63,111 nt of DNA, filler included, from Anaerolineae bacterium (GCA_029262755.1; 7 parts of 7 records of this genome joined end to end with filler, not necessarily neighbours in it), one strand, 5' to 3'; numbered from the whole stretch's first letter, positions 37,387 to 48,811 are shown. Made by a program: numbers and translations. The notes: generated from the sequence alone by a model not told the origin.

Positions 37387-39858
37387 CTACGGCTGCTCGA
37401 CGTCGCCCGTGACCGCCTCGTGGTTGTTCATCACGGCGGGCAGGAATACGAAGCTCAGCTCCGGCGGCTCGAAGGTGCCCAAGCCCAGGTGCTCACGGAA
37501 GAACTCGACCTGCATCTGCGCCGCCTGCGGCTGCGAGTTCGGGAATCGGCCGAAGCCGTGTCCCTCGCCCGCGACACGCAGGAAGGTCACGTCCGTGCCG
37601 TTCTCTTCCAACTGGTCGTGGATGTTGTTCATCAACGGCACGGGCAGGAAGTCCTCCGTGCCGTGGAAGATCAGGGTCGGGGTCTTGACGTCCTTCGTGC
37701 CGAACATGGGCGAATCGGCCAGGTACTCCGCGGCGTTCGCGAAGGGCGTGCTGCCCATCAAGTAGCTGATGAAGGGCGTGTAGCCCATGGTGAACTCCTC
37801 GAGGAGATCGACCAGGCTGCACTGCGGGTTGGCCGCCGCGTAGAAGTCCGGATAGGCGCGAATGCTCTGCAGCGTGAAATAACCGCCGTAGGAGCAGCCC
37901 GTGATGCCGACACGGTCGGCGTCCACGTAGCCCATCTCGATCATGGCATCGACGCCTTCCTTCACCTGGGCGATGTCGAGCTGGCCGAAGTTCGTGCCTT
38001 CCGCCATGTCCGTGAAGAACTGCGGAGACTGCGCGGTACGGCCCGCCGCGTTGACGATCATGACGGGGATGCCGAGGTTGGGCAGGATGGAGTAAGGACT
38101 CTCGACACTACCGCCCCAATCGTTGACCATCTGGCCGCCGGGACCGCCCTGCTGCCATACGACCATCGGCCACGGCTCGCTGGGCGGCCAGGCCTGGCTG
38201 CGGTGGTGGACCACGATGCCGTTCAACGTGCTGCCGTCCGTGGTCGGCCAGCTGACTTCGTTGTAGGTGATGTCGCTCATGGCCGCTACCTCGGCGTTCA
38301 TGCGGGTCAGCTGCTTGGGGCTGGCGCCCTCGAGCGCGCTGGGGTCTGCGCCCGTCGCTACGTCGCCCAAGGAATAGAGCTCCATGGGGCGGTCTACGGT
38401 CATGTGGGAGTAGAGCATGCCGCCGGAGCGTGGGAAGGCCTGGAAGAACGAGCCCGGCGCGTCCCAGACCACGGACGAGCTGCCGTCCGTGACGTCGAAG
38501 CGCACGATGCGGGTGTCGAGTTCATGCGCCGTGTTCATCACGATCGTGTCGTCGTCGATGAAGCCGCCGCCGGCCGACAGCGAGTCGCAGCCCGGGCAGT
38601 CGATCTGCTGCACGGGGTTCAGATCCGCGTCGAGGACGTGCGCCTCGATGCCGCCGGGATAGGCGTAGGTCGGGTGCTCACGGCCTTCCAGCTCGCTGCG
38701 GGACGTCAGCACGAGCATCGCGCGCTCGCCCGAGGGAGAGTACTCGAAGCCCGCGAGGAGGCCTTGCGGGAAGTCGGTGTTGGCGAAGGCCTTCACCACG
38801 CTGCCGTCCGCGGTGTCGAAGACGTGCAGGAAGGAACCCCAAAGAAGCGGGTTGAGGTCCGGCTCGATCAGGCCGAGCGCCTCGCGAACGTTGACGCTGC
38901 CCAGGTTGGGCAGGTTCTCGCCGGGCGGGTTGTTGTTGCGCGCGCGGTCGCCGTCCCAGCCTGGCATCGAGCGCGTCAGCATGGACAGGCGCGAGCCGTC
39001 CGGGCTATACGCGACGCGCATCACGCTGTCGCCGATATCGCCCGCGAGATCGACCCGCGTTGCGTCGTCACCGTTGAGCGGCACGTGCAGGATCTCAAAG
39101 TTGGCCTGTTGCACGCTGTGGGTGCCGAGCGGGTGGTCTCCCACGAGGCCGGGCAAACTGCCCTGAATGCTCTCCGGCAGTTCGTGCACGCGACGGAAGG
39201 GCGACTCGCCGAGGGTTACCTCGACGGGCTCCGGCATGAAGTTCAGGTTGCCGCCGCCCGCGGGCTGCATCACGACCATCGCCGTCATATCGGGGTTCAC
39301 GGCCATAACGTTGGGCGTAATGTCTGCGAACGCGGTCAGCTCTTCGCTCTCGATGACGGGATCGTCGCCCGAAAGGTCGATTCTAACGCGGTAGTGCTCG
39401 TAGCGCGCTTCCTCGTCCTCGGACTGGGCCGGATACCACGCCCGCGCCAGAACGCCGAGGGTATCGTCGCCGATCCACTGCATGGCCAGCGAGCTGTCCA
39501 AGCGCGTGGGGGCATCGAAGATGAATCCGGGGGTGTCTTCCGGGATGTCGGTCGTCTCGCCGGTCGCGAGGTTCATCAGGGTCTGCGCGCCGTCCAGGAA
39601 GACGTAGGCCCAGTTGCCGGACGGGCTCGGCTCCGTGAGGAGGTACACGAAGCTCGTGTCGGCCAGCGCCATCAGCTGTTCCATCTCGTCGGGCTCGAGG
39701 ATCTCTTCGACTTCGTCCATCTGCGGATCGAAGTCGATGATCACGGCCGCGACGGGGGGCGCCGGCGCAAGCAGGAGCGCCGCGAACAAGGCCGCGGGCA
39801 GGGCGAAGCGCAACAGGTGCGCGAAGGGAGTCTTGGTCATCGTCATTCGGGCCTTCAT
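37387..39858 (-). CDS. Secreted S9 family serine peptidase (prolyl oligopeptidase fold)
   Basis: Signal peptide; QGGPG; triad motifs GCSYGG, HGTED, GEGHG; ends FVFLPAVMNN... Confidence 0.9.
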   Translation of the reverse strand: MKARMTMTKTPFAHLLRFALPAALFAALLLAPAPPVAAVIIDFDPQMDEVEEILEPDEMEQLMALADTSFVYLLTEPSPSGNWAYVFLDGAQTLMNLATGETTDIPEDTPGFIFDAPTRLDSSLAMQWIGDDTLGVLARAWYPAQSEDEEARYEHYRVRIDLSGDDPVIESEELTAFADITPNVMAVNPDMTAMVVMQPAGGGNLNFMPEPVEVTLGESPFRRVHELPESIQGSLPGLVGDHPLGTHSVQQANFEILHVPLNGDDATRVDLAGDIGDSVMRVAYSPDGSRLSMLTRSMPGWDGDRARNNNPPGENLPNLGSVNVREALGLIEPDLNPLLWGSFLHVFDTADGSVVKAFANTDFPQGLLAGFEYSPSGERAMLVLTSRSELEGREHPTYAYPGGIEAHVLDADLNPVQQIDCPGCDSLSAGGGFIDDDTIVMNTAHELDTRIVRFDVTDGSSSVVWDAPGSFFQAFPRSGGMLYSHMTVDRPMELYSLGDVATGADPSALEGASPKQLTRMNAEVAAMSDITYNEVSWPTTDGSTLNGIVVHHRSQAWPPSEPWPMVVWQQGGPGGQMVNDWGGSVESPYSILPNLGIPVMIVNAAGRTAQSPQFFTDMAEGTNFGQLDIAQVKEGVDAMIEMGYVDADRVGITGCSYGGYFTLQSIRAYPDFYAAANPQCSLVDLLEEFTMGYTPFISYLMGSTPFANAAEYLADSPMFGTKDVKTPTLIFHGTEDFLPVPLMNNIHDQLEENGTDVTFLRVAGEGHGFGRFPNSQPQAAQMQVEFFREHLGLGTFEPPELSFVFLPAVMNNHEAVTGDVEQP

Positions 39859-42237
39859 TTAGCGCGCCCCTCCGCCGATGGGCGAAACGCGTCCGGGAAA
39901 CAGGATCGGTGCGAGCAGGTCGGTGGCGTCGTCCATGACCTGGAGGAAGCCGCCGGCGTTGATGCCCAGATGCTCGCGGAACCACTCCAGCTGCAGCTGG
40001 AACGCGAACTTTTGGCCGTCTGTGCCCGCGTTCTGCACGCCCTGGATCCCGCCGATGCCGTGGCCGTAGCCGATGGCGCGGAAGAAGCGCGAGGGCACAT
40101 CGTTCATCTCGACCTGGTCGTGGATGTTGGTGATGTGCTCGAAGAAAAGGAAGTCGTTCGTGCCGTGGAACTGCAGCAACGGTGTCTTGATCGTGCCGGA
40201 GCGATAGGTCGGCGAGTCCTTGATGAACTCCTGGGGGTTGCCGGTCGGCGAGTCGCCGATCAGGTAGGCCAGGAAGGGCGACCAGCCGAAGTGGTACTCG
40301 TACATCATGTCGTTGAGCGAGCACTGCGAGTTGGCCGCGGCGTAGAAGTCAGGCGCCTCGACGATCGACTGCAGCGTGAAGTAGCCGCCGTAGGAGCAGC
40401 CCGTCACGCCGATCTTGTCGGCGTCGACGTAGCCCATCTCGATCAGCTTCTCGACGCCCTCACGCACTTCGCGGATGTCGCGCTGGCCGTAGTTGGTGCC
40501 GTCGGCCATGGCGGAGTACTGCGCTGCGCCGTTCGCGAGCCGCCCGGCCGCGTTGACGATAAAGACCGGGATGCCGAAGGCGGGTAGCAGCGTGTAGGGG
40601 CTCTCGACGCTCGCGCCCCAGGTGTTGTACATCTGGCCGCCGGGACCGCCGGCCTGCCAGACGACCATCGGCTGCGGGCTCTCGGGCGGCAGGGTCCAGT
40701 CGGCCGGATAGACGTAGGTGCCCACCAGGTCCACGCCGTCGCTCGTGGTGAAGGCGACGTTCTGGTAGCTGATGTTGGCCACGGCCGCGGATTCCGAGTT
40801 CAGATCGGAGAGGACCTGCAGCGGACCGGCGCCCTTGCTCATGTTCAGGTTGCCGAGGTGGCCGACGTTGCCGAAGACACCCACCAACGTGCCGCCGCGG
40901 TAGTCCCAGCCGTAGACCATCTCTTCGCCCGTGTAGACCGGCTCGGGCGCCATCGTGTCATCGGTGACGTCGACGACCTGAATGTGGCGGGCGGTGTCCT
41001 GGCCGTGCATCACGACCATCTTCGTGCCCTCGGCCATCTCGAAGTACACGCCGGGCGCGTCCATGCCCGGGCGCATCCACATGCCGTTGGCCTCGCCTGC
41101 GGGCGTGAAGCGCTTCAGCGCGATACCGCCCTCGTATTCGTAAATCGGGTGCTCGCGGCCCTCGAGGACCGACGGCATCTCCGAGCGCACCAGCAAGTGC
41201 TGGCCGTCGCCACTCCAATGGACGTCCGTGAATCGGCCGGGCGTGTGATCGCTGTTCTCGATCACGGCCTGCTCGCCGGTCTGGAGGTCGTGGATGAACA
41301 ATTGGCTGCTCGTGATCCACGGATTCTGGCTCTCGGGCACCTTGCCCAGGTTTTCCTGGACGTTGAAGTAGCCGGTCGGCATTCCGCCGCCGCGGTTGGA
41401 GCGCAAGTTGATCTGCTCGCCGGCCCATGGGAAGGAGCGGCCGACGATCCAAGCGACGACGTCGCCGCCCGGCTGGATCTCGACGGAGTACAGCGTGGCG
41501 CTGAGGTTGGCGCCCCCCGGAATCTCAGCCAGTTCCGTGACCAGCGCATCGCTTAGGCGGACCAACACGATCTTCGGGTTGCCGCCCTGCGCAATGCCGT
41601 CAACGACGTCGGTGGCGATCTCACCGCTCTTGGCCAGTTGGTCGAGGCGCTCGATGTTCTCCGCTTCGAAACGGGGCGTCTCGACGTCGAGGATCTGGAT
41701 GCCGCCCGTAAGATCGAGTGCGGCGACGTGGAAGTTGCCTTCGCTATCGCGCTGCAGCGTGTTGCCGAAGGCGTAGTTCCCCGCGGGAATCTGCGCCGTT
41801 TCCGTCATCACGCCACCCGCGGCGAGGTCCACGGTAACCAGCGCGTATTCGCGGTCGCTGGCGGGACCGCGCTGGCCCCAGGCGACAGCCTGCTGGTCGC
41901 CGGTCCAGTAGTAGCCGGTGCGTAGACCCCACCCATCGAGGTCAAACGCGGAGAACTCTTTCGTGTTGGTATCGAGCACCTGATACACGGTGCCGCCGGC
42001 ATCCGCGTCGAAGATCGACACGAGAGCCTTGGAGCCGTCGGGGCTGACAAACTGGATGCCGTGACGCGAAGCGCCGGTACGCAGCGCCTCCCACTTCTCC
42101 ATTTCTTCTGCGGTCAAGATCTCGGGCACCTCATCGACACGCGGGTCATAGTCGATGACCTCTGCGTGCGCGAGTCCAGGCGCCAGGGCGACCATGGCCA
42201 CCAACAGGGTGGCGATGGTCAAGCGCAACCTATGCAT
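39859..42237 (-). CDS. Secreted S9 family serine peptidase, paralog
   Basis: GGAGGA RBS, signal peptide (..LAHA), GCSYGG, HGTND, GYGHG. Collinear with its neighbour. Confidence 0.9.
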   Translation of the reverse strand: MHRLRLTIATLLVAMVALAPGLAHAEVIDYDPRVDEVPEILTAEEMEKWEALRTGASRHGIQFVSPDGSKALVSIFDADAGGTVYQVLDTNTKEFSAFDLDGWGLRTGYYWTGDQQAVAWGQRGPASDREYALVTVDLAAGGVMTETAQIPAGNYAFGNTLQRDSEGNFHVAALDLTGGIQILDVETPRFEAENIERLDQLAKSGEIATDVVDGIAQGGNPKIVLVRLSDALVTELAEIPGGANLSATLYSVEIQPGGDVVAWIVGRSFPWAGEQINLRSNRGGGMPTGYFNVQENLGKVPESQNPWITSSQLFIHDLQTGEQAVIENSDHTPGRFTDVHWSGDGQHLLVRSEMPSVLEGREHPIYEYEGGIALKRFTPAGEANGMWMRPGMDAPGVYFEMAEGTKMVVMHGQDTARHIQVVDVTDDTMAPEPVYTGEEMVYGWDYRGGTLVGVFGNVGHLGNLNMSKGAGPLQVLSDLNSESAAVANISYQNVAFTTSDGVDLVGTYVYPADWTLPPESPQPMVVWQAGGPGGQMYNTWGASVESPYTLLPAFGIPVFIVNAAGRLANGAAQYSAMADGTNYGQRDIREVREGVEKLIEMGYVDADKIGVTGCSYGGYFTLQSIVEAPDFYAAANSQCSLNDMMYEYHFGWSPFLAYLIGDSPTGNPQEFIKDSPTYRSGTIKTPLLQFHGTNDFLFFEHITNIHDQVEMNDVPSRFFRAIGYGHGIGGIQGVQNAGTDGQKFAFQLQLEWFREHLGINAGGFLQVMDDATDLLAPILFPGRVSPIGGGAR

Positions 42238-42553
42238 GCGCGGTTTCCTCCGGGGGTCGGAAAGGCGAGGGCAAGTACGCGGTTTGAGAGGCAAGCGCCA
42301 AACGGGCGCCGTTGCCCACCGCGGGGTGTGCAACGCTGGTTCGCGGGCAAGCGTGACCCGCCCGCGAGCCGTCGCAGACGGGGCGATTGTATCGCCGCGC
42401 GGCGGGCTCGGCTAGGGGCTTTGGCGAACCCTAGGGCCGCAGTGGGCGGCGAAGCGTGGGATTCGCGAACCACGAGGGCGTGCAGAGGTCGCTCCACGGG
42501 ACGAGGTCTTGGATGCACCTCGGCCGACTTTCATGCGAACGTGCTTCGTTCGT

Positions 42554-44716
42554 CTACGACCCGGTCGCTCCTCCGAGATCAACCCGCCGCAACAGCTGCG
42601 CATTGATCGCGACGATCACGGTGCTCAGCGACATAAACAGCGCGCCGACGGCCGGGGAGAGCACGACGCCCCACGGCGCCAGGACACCCGCTGCAAGCGG
42701 GAGCGCGACGACGTTGTAGCCCGTGGCCCACACGAGGTTCTGGACCATCGTGCGGTGGCTGGCGCGGCTCAGCGCGAAGGCGTCGGCGACGGCGCGTGGG
42801 TCGCTCTCGACCAGCACGATGCCGGCCGACTCGATCGCCACGTTCGTGCCACCGCCGATCGCGAAGCCGACGTCCGCGCGGGCCAAGGCCGGTGCGTCGT
42901 TCACGCCGTCGCCGACCATCGCGACGCGCTTGCCCTCGGCCTGCAGTTCGGCCACGGCCGCAGCTTTGTCGGCCGGCAGCACCTCGGCGAAGACGCGCTC
43001 GATGCCCAGCTCCGAGGCGACGGCGTCGGCCACCTGGCGGCTATCGCCGGTCAGCATCGCAACCTCGATGCCCATGGCGCGCAGCCGGTCCAGCGCCTCG
43101 CGGCTCTCGGGGCGCACAACGTCGGCCAGCGCGAACGAGCCGATGGCCAGGCCCTCGTCGAGAACGTGGATGACGGAGCGGCCCTGCGCGCCGGCCCGCT
43201 CCGTGAAGGCCGCGATGTCGCTCGGCAGAGGCACCTCGAGCTCTTCGAGCAGGCGCGGACCGCCGACGTGGATCGTGCGGCCGTCCACGGTCGCGCGCAC
43301 GCCGCGGCCCTTGAGGGCCGTGAAGTCCCGCGCGTCGGCGGGCGTACGTCCGCGCTCACGCGCCACGCGGCGGATGGCCGCGGCGACGCCGTGCTCCGAG
43401 TCGCCCTCGACGCCCGCGGCGAGCGCGAGGAGGTCGTCCTCGTTCCAGCCCGCGATCGTGGCGCTGGCAACGATGCCGTGCGCGCCTTCGGTCAAGGTGC
43501 CGGTCTTGTCGAACAGGACGATGTCGACGTCGCGCGCCGCCTCGAAGTCGAGGCGGTCGCGCACCAGGATGCCGTTGCGCGCGGCCATGGCGGTGGAAAT
43601 CGCGACGACGAGCGGGATCGCGAGGCCCAAGGCATGCGGACAGGCGATCACGAGCACCGTCGCGACGCGCTCCACCGTCTCGAAGCCGAAGCCCGTGGCG
43701 ATGGTCCATGCGACGGCCGTCAGCGCGGCGACCGCGATTGCGACATAGAAGAGCACCGCCGCCGCCCGGTCGGCCAGCAGCTGCGTGCGCGATTTCGACT
43801 GCTGCGCTTGTTGGACCAGGCGCATGATGCCCGCCAGCGCCGTGTCGGCGCCCGTGGCCGTCACGCGCACGCGCAGGCTGCCGTCGCCCGCGTTCACGGT
43901 GCCCGCGATCACATCGTCGCCGACGCCGCGGCGCACCGTGCGCGACTCGCCCGTGATCATGGCCTCGTCGAGCGTGGTGCTGCCTTCGTCGACCGTACCG
44001 TCCGCCGGCACCGCGGCGCCGGGCCGGACGAGCACGAGATCGCCGGCGGCGAGATCCGCGGCGCGCACCGTGGTGACACTGCCGTCCGCGCTGATCCGAT
44101 CGGCTTCGTCCGGCAGCAGCGCGGCGAGTTCGCCCAAGGCGTTGGATGCCTTGCGCACGCTGCGCATCTCGAGCCAGTGCCCGAGCAACATGACGTCGAT
44201 GAGCGTCACGAGCTCCCAGAAGAAGCTCGCCGCACCGGGCTGCAGCATGGCGGCCAGGCTGTAGGCGAAGGCAACCGAGATCGCGAGGGAGATCAGGGTC
44301 ATCATGCCCGGCTTGCGCGATCGAATCTCGTCGCCCGCCATGCGCAGGAAGGGCACGCCGCCGTAGGCAAAGATCACGATGGAGAACACGGGCGTGATCC
44401 ACCCGCTGCCCGGGAAGGCGGGCGCGGTGAAGCCGAACCACTCCTGGATCATCGGGCTATACAGCAACACGGGCACGCTTAGCGCAAGGCAGATCCAGAA
44501 GCGCCGGCGGAAGAGAGCCTCGTGGCCGGAGTGATCGGTATGGGCGGTGTGGTCTGCGCCGGCGGAGGGATCACCGTGGCCGCCGTGGTCGGCGTGTGCG
44601 GCAGGCGCGTGGTTCTCCGAATGGCCAGTGCGAGCGGGCGTGGTGGACTCGGCGGGTGTCGCGTGGTGCGCGTGCTCCGATGCGTCGGAGCGATCGCCTT
44701 GGGATGGTGCGTTCAT
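42554..44716 (-). CDS. copB: P1B-3 copper-translocating P-type ATPase
   Basis: His-rich N-terminus, PGMMTLI, TGES, CPH, DKTGT, HG (for HP), GDGVND, YN, MSLST. Confidence 0.9.
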   Translation of the reverse strand: MNAPSQGDRSDASEHAHHATPAESTTPARTGHSENHAPAAHADHGGHGDPSAGADHTAHTDHSGHEALFRRRFWICLALSVPVLLYSPMIQEWFGFTAPAFPGSGWITPVFSIVIFAYGGVPFLRMAGDEIRSRKPGMMTLISLAISVAFAYSLAAMLQPGAASFFWELVTLIDVMLLGHWLEMRSVRKASNALGELAALLPDEADRISADGSVTTVRAADLAAGDLVLVRPGAAVPADGTVDEGSTTLDEAMITGESRTVRRGVGDDVIAGTVNAGDGSLRVRVTATGADTALAGIMRLVQQAQQSKSRTQLLADRAAAVLFYVAIAVAALTAVAWTIATGFGFETVERVATVLVIACPHALGLAIPLVVAISTAMAARNGILVRDRLDFEAARDVDIVLFDKTGTLTEGAHGIVASATIAGWNEDDLLALAAGVEGDSEHGVAAAIRRVARERGRTPADARDFTALKGRGVRATVDGRTIHVGGPRLLEELEVPLPSDIAAFTERAGAQGRSVIHVLDEGLAIGSFALADVVRPESREALDRLRAMGIEVAMLTGDSRQVADAVASELGIERVFAEVLPADKAAAVAELQAEGKRVAMVGDGVNDAPALARADVGFAIGGGTNVAIESAGIVLVESDPRAVADAFALSRASHRTMVQNLVWATGYNVVALPLAAGVLAPWGVVLSPAVGALFMSLSTVIVAINAQLLRRVDLGGATGS

Positions 44717-44825
44717 GGGCTCGTGGTGTTCTCCCTGCGCGGATGGTTGCCGCCCGGTTCTCGGGCGGCGTCAGGCCCGGTGCAAATGGATCCCCGCGTC
44801 GCCTTGCGGCAACGCGGCCGGGCTC

Positions 44826-47800
44826 CTAACGGGTCGCCTCGTCCAACCAGCCATGCGTCTCATCGAGCGCGATCATGGCGTCTTCCGCCGCCTCGCGCGC
44901 GGTGGCGATGCGGCCGAGCGCACGGGTCTTGGCGCGTCCGGTGTCCGCGGAATCCAGGCCATGCTCGATCGCGTCCAACGTGGACATCAGCCCCGTGACC
45001 TGCACGCGGGAGGTCGAGATCCGGGTCAGGACGGCATCGGATTCCGCCGCGAGCGCACGCGATCGGGGAGCGATGCCCGCGCCGGCGGCGCTCAGCCGGT
45101 CCACCGTCGCGCCGAGCTGCTCTGTGGCGGCATCGATGCCCGCGATGCCGTCCCACAGCCGCGCCATCCGCGCTGCGCCGATCTCGTCCGCGTCGTCTTC
45201 CGATACGATGCGCATCAACGATTCGCGCAGCTGGCCGAGGCTCACCTCGACGGTGAACAAGCGGTCGTCGGCCTCCTGCAAGCGCGCCACGTCGATGGTC
45301 GCGGGACCGTCGCCGTCGCTCGCTCGATCGTCGGTGCTCGTCCGATCGTCGCGCGTCGTGGACGGAGCCTCGTCCGCCTCGTCCGCCCGTTGCTGCTCGC
45401 GTGCGGACAGCGCGGCCAGGCGCTCCTCGATTCGGTCGAGGCGGGCCGCGAGGTCGTCGTCGGTGCGGCTGTCGTCGCGGCTGTCGGCGCTCGCACGGGA
45501 ATCGTCGCTCAGTGCTTCGTCGTCGTCCGTCGTGCCGCCGTTCTCGGTATCGTCCGTTACCGCGACCACGTCGACCGCGTCCTCGCTTTCGTCCGTGCTC
45601 GCCTCATCGTCCGCCATCGCCTCAGCGTCCGCCATCTCTTCGTCGTCGGTGTCGAGGCCGAAGAAGGCGAGCATCGGTCGGAGACCGCCGCCCGTGTTCA
45701 TGGCATTCGTGCCTTCGTCCATCGCGCCGCCGTCATCTACGCGGCCCTCGAGGCCGCCATTGAAGGAGATCGACGCGGCGACGAGACCGGCGGAGATGGC
45801 CAGCGCGCCGACGCCTGGCAGCAGCCACCAGGGGATGCGGCTGCCCGTGTCGCCGTCGAGCTCGCGTTCGCGGGCTTCCACGGCGTCGAAGCCGCGCAGG
45901 CGTAGCGCGTTGGAGACTACCGTGACCGAGCTGAGCGCCATGGCGCCCGCGGCCATCGCCGGGTGCAGCAGTACGGCGTTGGGCGCAACGACGCGGTCCA
46001 GGCCGAGGCGCAGCAGCGGGTAGAGCACGCCCATCGCGACCGGGATCAGGGCCACGTTGTAGGCGAAGGCCCAGAAGAGGTTCTGCTTGACGTTGCGCAT
46101 CGTAGCGCGGGACAGGTCGATCGCGGTCGCGATGCCGCCCAGGTCGCCGCGCATCAACGTGATATCGGCGGCCTCCATGGCCACATCGGTGCCGGTGCCG
46201 ATCGCGAGACCGACGTTGGCCTGCGCGAGGGCCGGCGCGTCGTTGATGCCGTCGCCGACCATGGCCACGCTGCGGCCTGCAGCCTGTAGCTCGCGTACCT
46301 TGGCCGCCTTGCCGTCGGGTAGAACCTCGGCCATTACGTTTGTGATGCCTACCTGCGCGGCGATGGCCTGTGCTGTGCGCGTGTTGTCGCCGGTGATCAT
46401 CCACACGTCGAGCCCAAGGCCCTGCAGGCGGCGCACCGCTTCGGCCGACTCGGGCTTGAGCGGATCGGCCACAGCGACCAAGCCCATGGCGCGGCCGTCC
46501 GCGGCTACGACCATCGGGGTCTTGCCCTGCTCGGCCAGCGAGGCCATACGCGCCCGCAGATAACCAAGCTGAATGCCGCGTTCGGTCATGAGCTTTTCGT
46601 TGCCGAGCAAGACCTGCACGCCCGCCACGTTGGCGGTGATGCCGTGGCCCGGCACAGCGTCGAAATCGCTCGCGTCGGCCAGAACCAGGCCCATTTCCTT
46701 GGCGTGCTCGACGATCGATTCGCCCAGCGGGTGCTCGCTGCCGCGCTCGGCCGATGCGGCGAGCCACAGCACGCGCTCGGCATCGCCGGCAGGCGCGACG
46801 CCGTTGAGCGGTAATGAATCGGTGGCGCCGACAGGTACGACGTCGGTCACCACGGGCCGTCCGGCGGTGATCGTGCCGGTCTTGTCGAGCACGATCGTGT
46901 CGAGCTTGTGCGCCGATTCGAGGGCCTCGGCGGAGCGGATGAGGATGCCGTTCTCTGCGCCCTTGCCCGTGCCGACCATGATGGCCGTCGGGGTCGCAAG
47001 CCCCATCGCGCACGGGCAGGCGATCACGAGCACGGTGATGAAGACCTTGAGCGCCAGCGGCACGGTGGGCGCGGGGCCCAGCCACAGCCACAGCATGCCC
47101 GTTACGATCGCGACGCCGATGACGACCGGCACGAAGTAGGAGGACACGAGGTCGGCTAGCCGCTGGACCGGCGCCTTCGAGCCCTGTGCCTCCTGGATGA
47201 GGCGCACGATCTGCGCGAGGGCCGTGTCACCGCCGACGCGGGTGGCCTGGAAGCGGAAGCTGCCGGTCTTGTTGATCGTGGCGCCGATGACCTCGTCGCC
47301 GTTCGACTTGGCAATGGGGATCGGCTCGCCGGTGATCATGGACTCGTCGATGGTGGAGCGGCCGTCGACCACGAGCCCGTCGACCGGCACCTTCTCGCCG
47401 GGGCGCACGATCACGACATCGCCGACCATCACGTGCTCGATCGGGACATCGACCTCGACGCCCTGGCGCACGACGCGCGCCGTGCGCGGCCGCATGCCCA
47501 TCAGACGGCGGATGGCGGCGCCGGTCTGGCCCTTTGCCCGGGCCTCGAGGTACTTGCCCACCAAGATCAGCGTGATGACCATCGCGGAGGCGTCGAGGAA
47601 GAGCTCCGGCATACCGCCGGCTGCGCGCGGCAGGATTGTGGTGCCGAAGGCCCAGTCGAGCACCGCGAGCACACTGTAGGCATAGGCCGCCGACGTGCCG
47701 ACGGCGATCAAGGTGCTCATGTTGGCGGTGCGGTGGCGCAGGGCGCCGAGCGCGCCGCGGTAGAACTGGCCGCCGGCCCAAAACTGCACGGGCGTCACGA

Positions 47801-48299
47801 GCGCCAGCTGCACCCAGGGGTTGGCCAGCCACGCCGGCACGAAGCTCCAGCCGAACATATGGCGGAACATCGCAAGCATGACGAGCACGGAGACCACGGC
47901 ACCGAAGCTCAGCTTCCGACGTAGATCGACCAGCTCGCGTGCCTGTCGTTGCTCGGCTGGGCTGAGCTCGGCCGGAGGCTCGTCCGCGCCGACCGCCGCG
48001 GGCAGCGCGGGGGGCGAAGAGGGCGGAGCGCCGGGCGCCGCGGGCACCAGCGCGCCGGTCGCCGACTGACGGTCGATGGGCGGCGCGAGGGGGGCGGTCA
48101 CGGGGAGCGCGGCGGACATTGTGGTTGAAGCCGTGACGCCCGATGCCGAGACGTTCGATGCCGAGACGTGCGATGCGACGGGCGCCGACGGCGCTGCGCC
48201 AACCGGCATACCCGCACCGCCGCCGCCGCCGCCGCTGACGATGGTGGCGTGGTAGCCGGCGCGATTCACCGCGCGGGCGAGATCGTCCGCGCTCACGAC
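44826..48299 (-). CDS. copA: P1B-1 Cu(I)-translocating P-type ATPase (5' partial) with long C-terminal extension
   Basis: End of an HMA domain (AVNRAGY), TGEP, CPC, DKTGT, SEHP, GDGIND, YN, MALSS; ~350 extra residues follow NALRL. Confidence 0.9.
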   Translation of the reverse strand, partial: VVSADDLARAVNRAGYHATIVSGGGGGGAGMPVGAAPSAPVASHVSASNVSASGVTASTTMSAALPVTAPLAPPIDRQSATGALVPAAPGAPPSSPPALPAAVGADEPPAELSPAEQRQARELVDLRRKLSFGAVVSVLVMLAMFRHMFGWSFVPAWLANPWVQLALVTPVQFWAGGQFYRGALGALRHRTANMSTLIAVGTSAAYAYSVLAVLDWAFGTTILPRAAGGMPELFLDASAMVITLILVGKYLEARAKGQTGAAIRRLMGMRPRTARVVRQGVEVDVPIEHVMVGDVVIVRPGEKVPVDGLVVDGRSTIDESMITGEPIPIAKSNGDEVIGATINKTGSFRFQATRVGGDTALAQIVRLIQEAQGSKAPVQRLADLVSSYFVPVVIGVAIVTGMLWLWLGPAPTVPLALKVFITVLVIACPCAMGLATPTAIMVGTGKGAENGILIRSAEALESAHKLDTIVLDKTGTITAGRPVVTDVVPVGATDSLPLNGVAPAGDAERVLWLAASAERGSEHPLGESIVEHAKEMGLVLADASDFDAVPGHGITANVAGVQVLLGNEKLMTERGIQLGYLRARMASLAEQGKTPMVVAADGRAMGLVAVADPLKPESAEAVRRLQGLGLDVWMITGDNTRTAQAIAAQVGITNVMAEVLPDGKAAKVRELQAAGRSVAMVGDGINDAPALAQANVGLAIGTGTDVAMEAADITLMRGDLGGIATAIDLSRATMRNVKQNLFWAFAYNVALIPVAMGVLYPLLRLGLDRVVAPNAVLLHPAMAAGAMALSSVTVVSNALRLRGFDAVEARERELDGDTGSRIPWWLLPGVGALAISAGLVAASISFNGGLEGRVDDGGAMDEGTNAMNTGGGLRPMLAFFGLDTDDEEMADAEAMADDEASTDESEDAVDVVAVTDDTENGGTTDDDEALSDDSRASADSRDDSRTDDDLAARLDRIEERLAALSAREQQRADEADEAPSTTRDDRTSTDDRASDGDGPATIDVARLQEADDRLFTVEVSLGQLRESLMRIVSEDDADEIGAARMARLWDGIAGIDAATEQLGATVDRLSAAGAGIAPRSRALAAESDAVLTRISTSRVQVTGLMSTLDAIEHGLDSADTGRAKTRALGRIATAREAAEDAMIALDETHGWLDEATR

Positions 48300-48300
48300 C

Positions 48301-48400
48301 NNNNNNNNNNNNNNNNNNNNNNNNNNNNNNNNNNNNNNNNNNNNTTAATTAATTAANNNNNNNNNNNNNNNNNNNNNNNNNNNNNNNNNNNNNNNNNNNN
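48301..48400. other. Artificial contig linker
   Basis: N44-TTAATTAATTAA-N44. Confidence 0.98.
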
Positions 48401-48402
48401 AC

Positions 48403-48669
48403 GCGGCTGCGAACGTGACGATCACGTTTGCGGACGACAAGGGTACCCAGCTGAACGGTTGTGGCGGCGCTTGTACGGCCACGATCGCCTCGAACGGCTC
48501 GCACACGTTCTACCCGGGCGCGAACGCCCTGAACGTTATGCCGTCCGGCACGTACGGCTCGGCGGTTGTGACGTCGGACCAGAACGTTGTGGTGATCGTC
48601 AATGACGCCAGCGAGACCGGCGCCATCGATGCAGCTACCTACAACGGCATCAAGGCCGACAGCAACTAA
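48403..48669 (+). CDS. C-terminal fragment of an S-layer-like repeat protein (same family as 11814-13615)
   Basis: ANVTITF..., PSGTYGSAVVTSDQNVVVIVND...AATYNG resembles the repeats of the 11814 protein ([12 protein letters not shown]...IVAVVLD; AAAIYSN). Confidence 0.6.
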   Translation, partial: AAANVTITFADDKGTQLNGCGGACTATIASNGSHTFYPGANALNVMPSGTYGSAVVTSDQNVVVIVNDASETGAIDAATYNGIKADSN

Positions 48670-48728
48670 CGACGCGCAGCATGCGCTTCGGCCCGATGGT
48701 TGAAGCGTAGGAACGGACCGGTGATTAC

Positions 48729-48759
48729 GGGCCCCGCGCGCCTCTGGCGTGCGGGGCCC
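48729..48759 (+). terminator. Hairpin after the S-layer-like fragment
   Basis: GGGCCCCGCGCGCC-TCT-GGCGTGCGGGGCCC; no strong U-tract. Confidence 0.55.
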
Positions 48760-48811
48760 ACATCGTGTCTCTCCCCCCGGTATCGTGTGCCGCGCATGCT
48801 AGAATCCCGCC

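Noticed and set aside
39859..39910. Tail LLAPILFPGR of the second S9 peptidase as another LPW-type tag
   Set aside because: The match is too weak (no LP dipeptide, no linker), so it was not counted.
37420..40587. 1055-aa + strand ORF, and similar long ORFs 27683-29410, 29453-31042, 34316-36112, 42509-44482, 56865-58595
   Set aside because: These are antisense shadows of well-supported genes, expected with high-GC codon bias. They contain no recognisable motifs.
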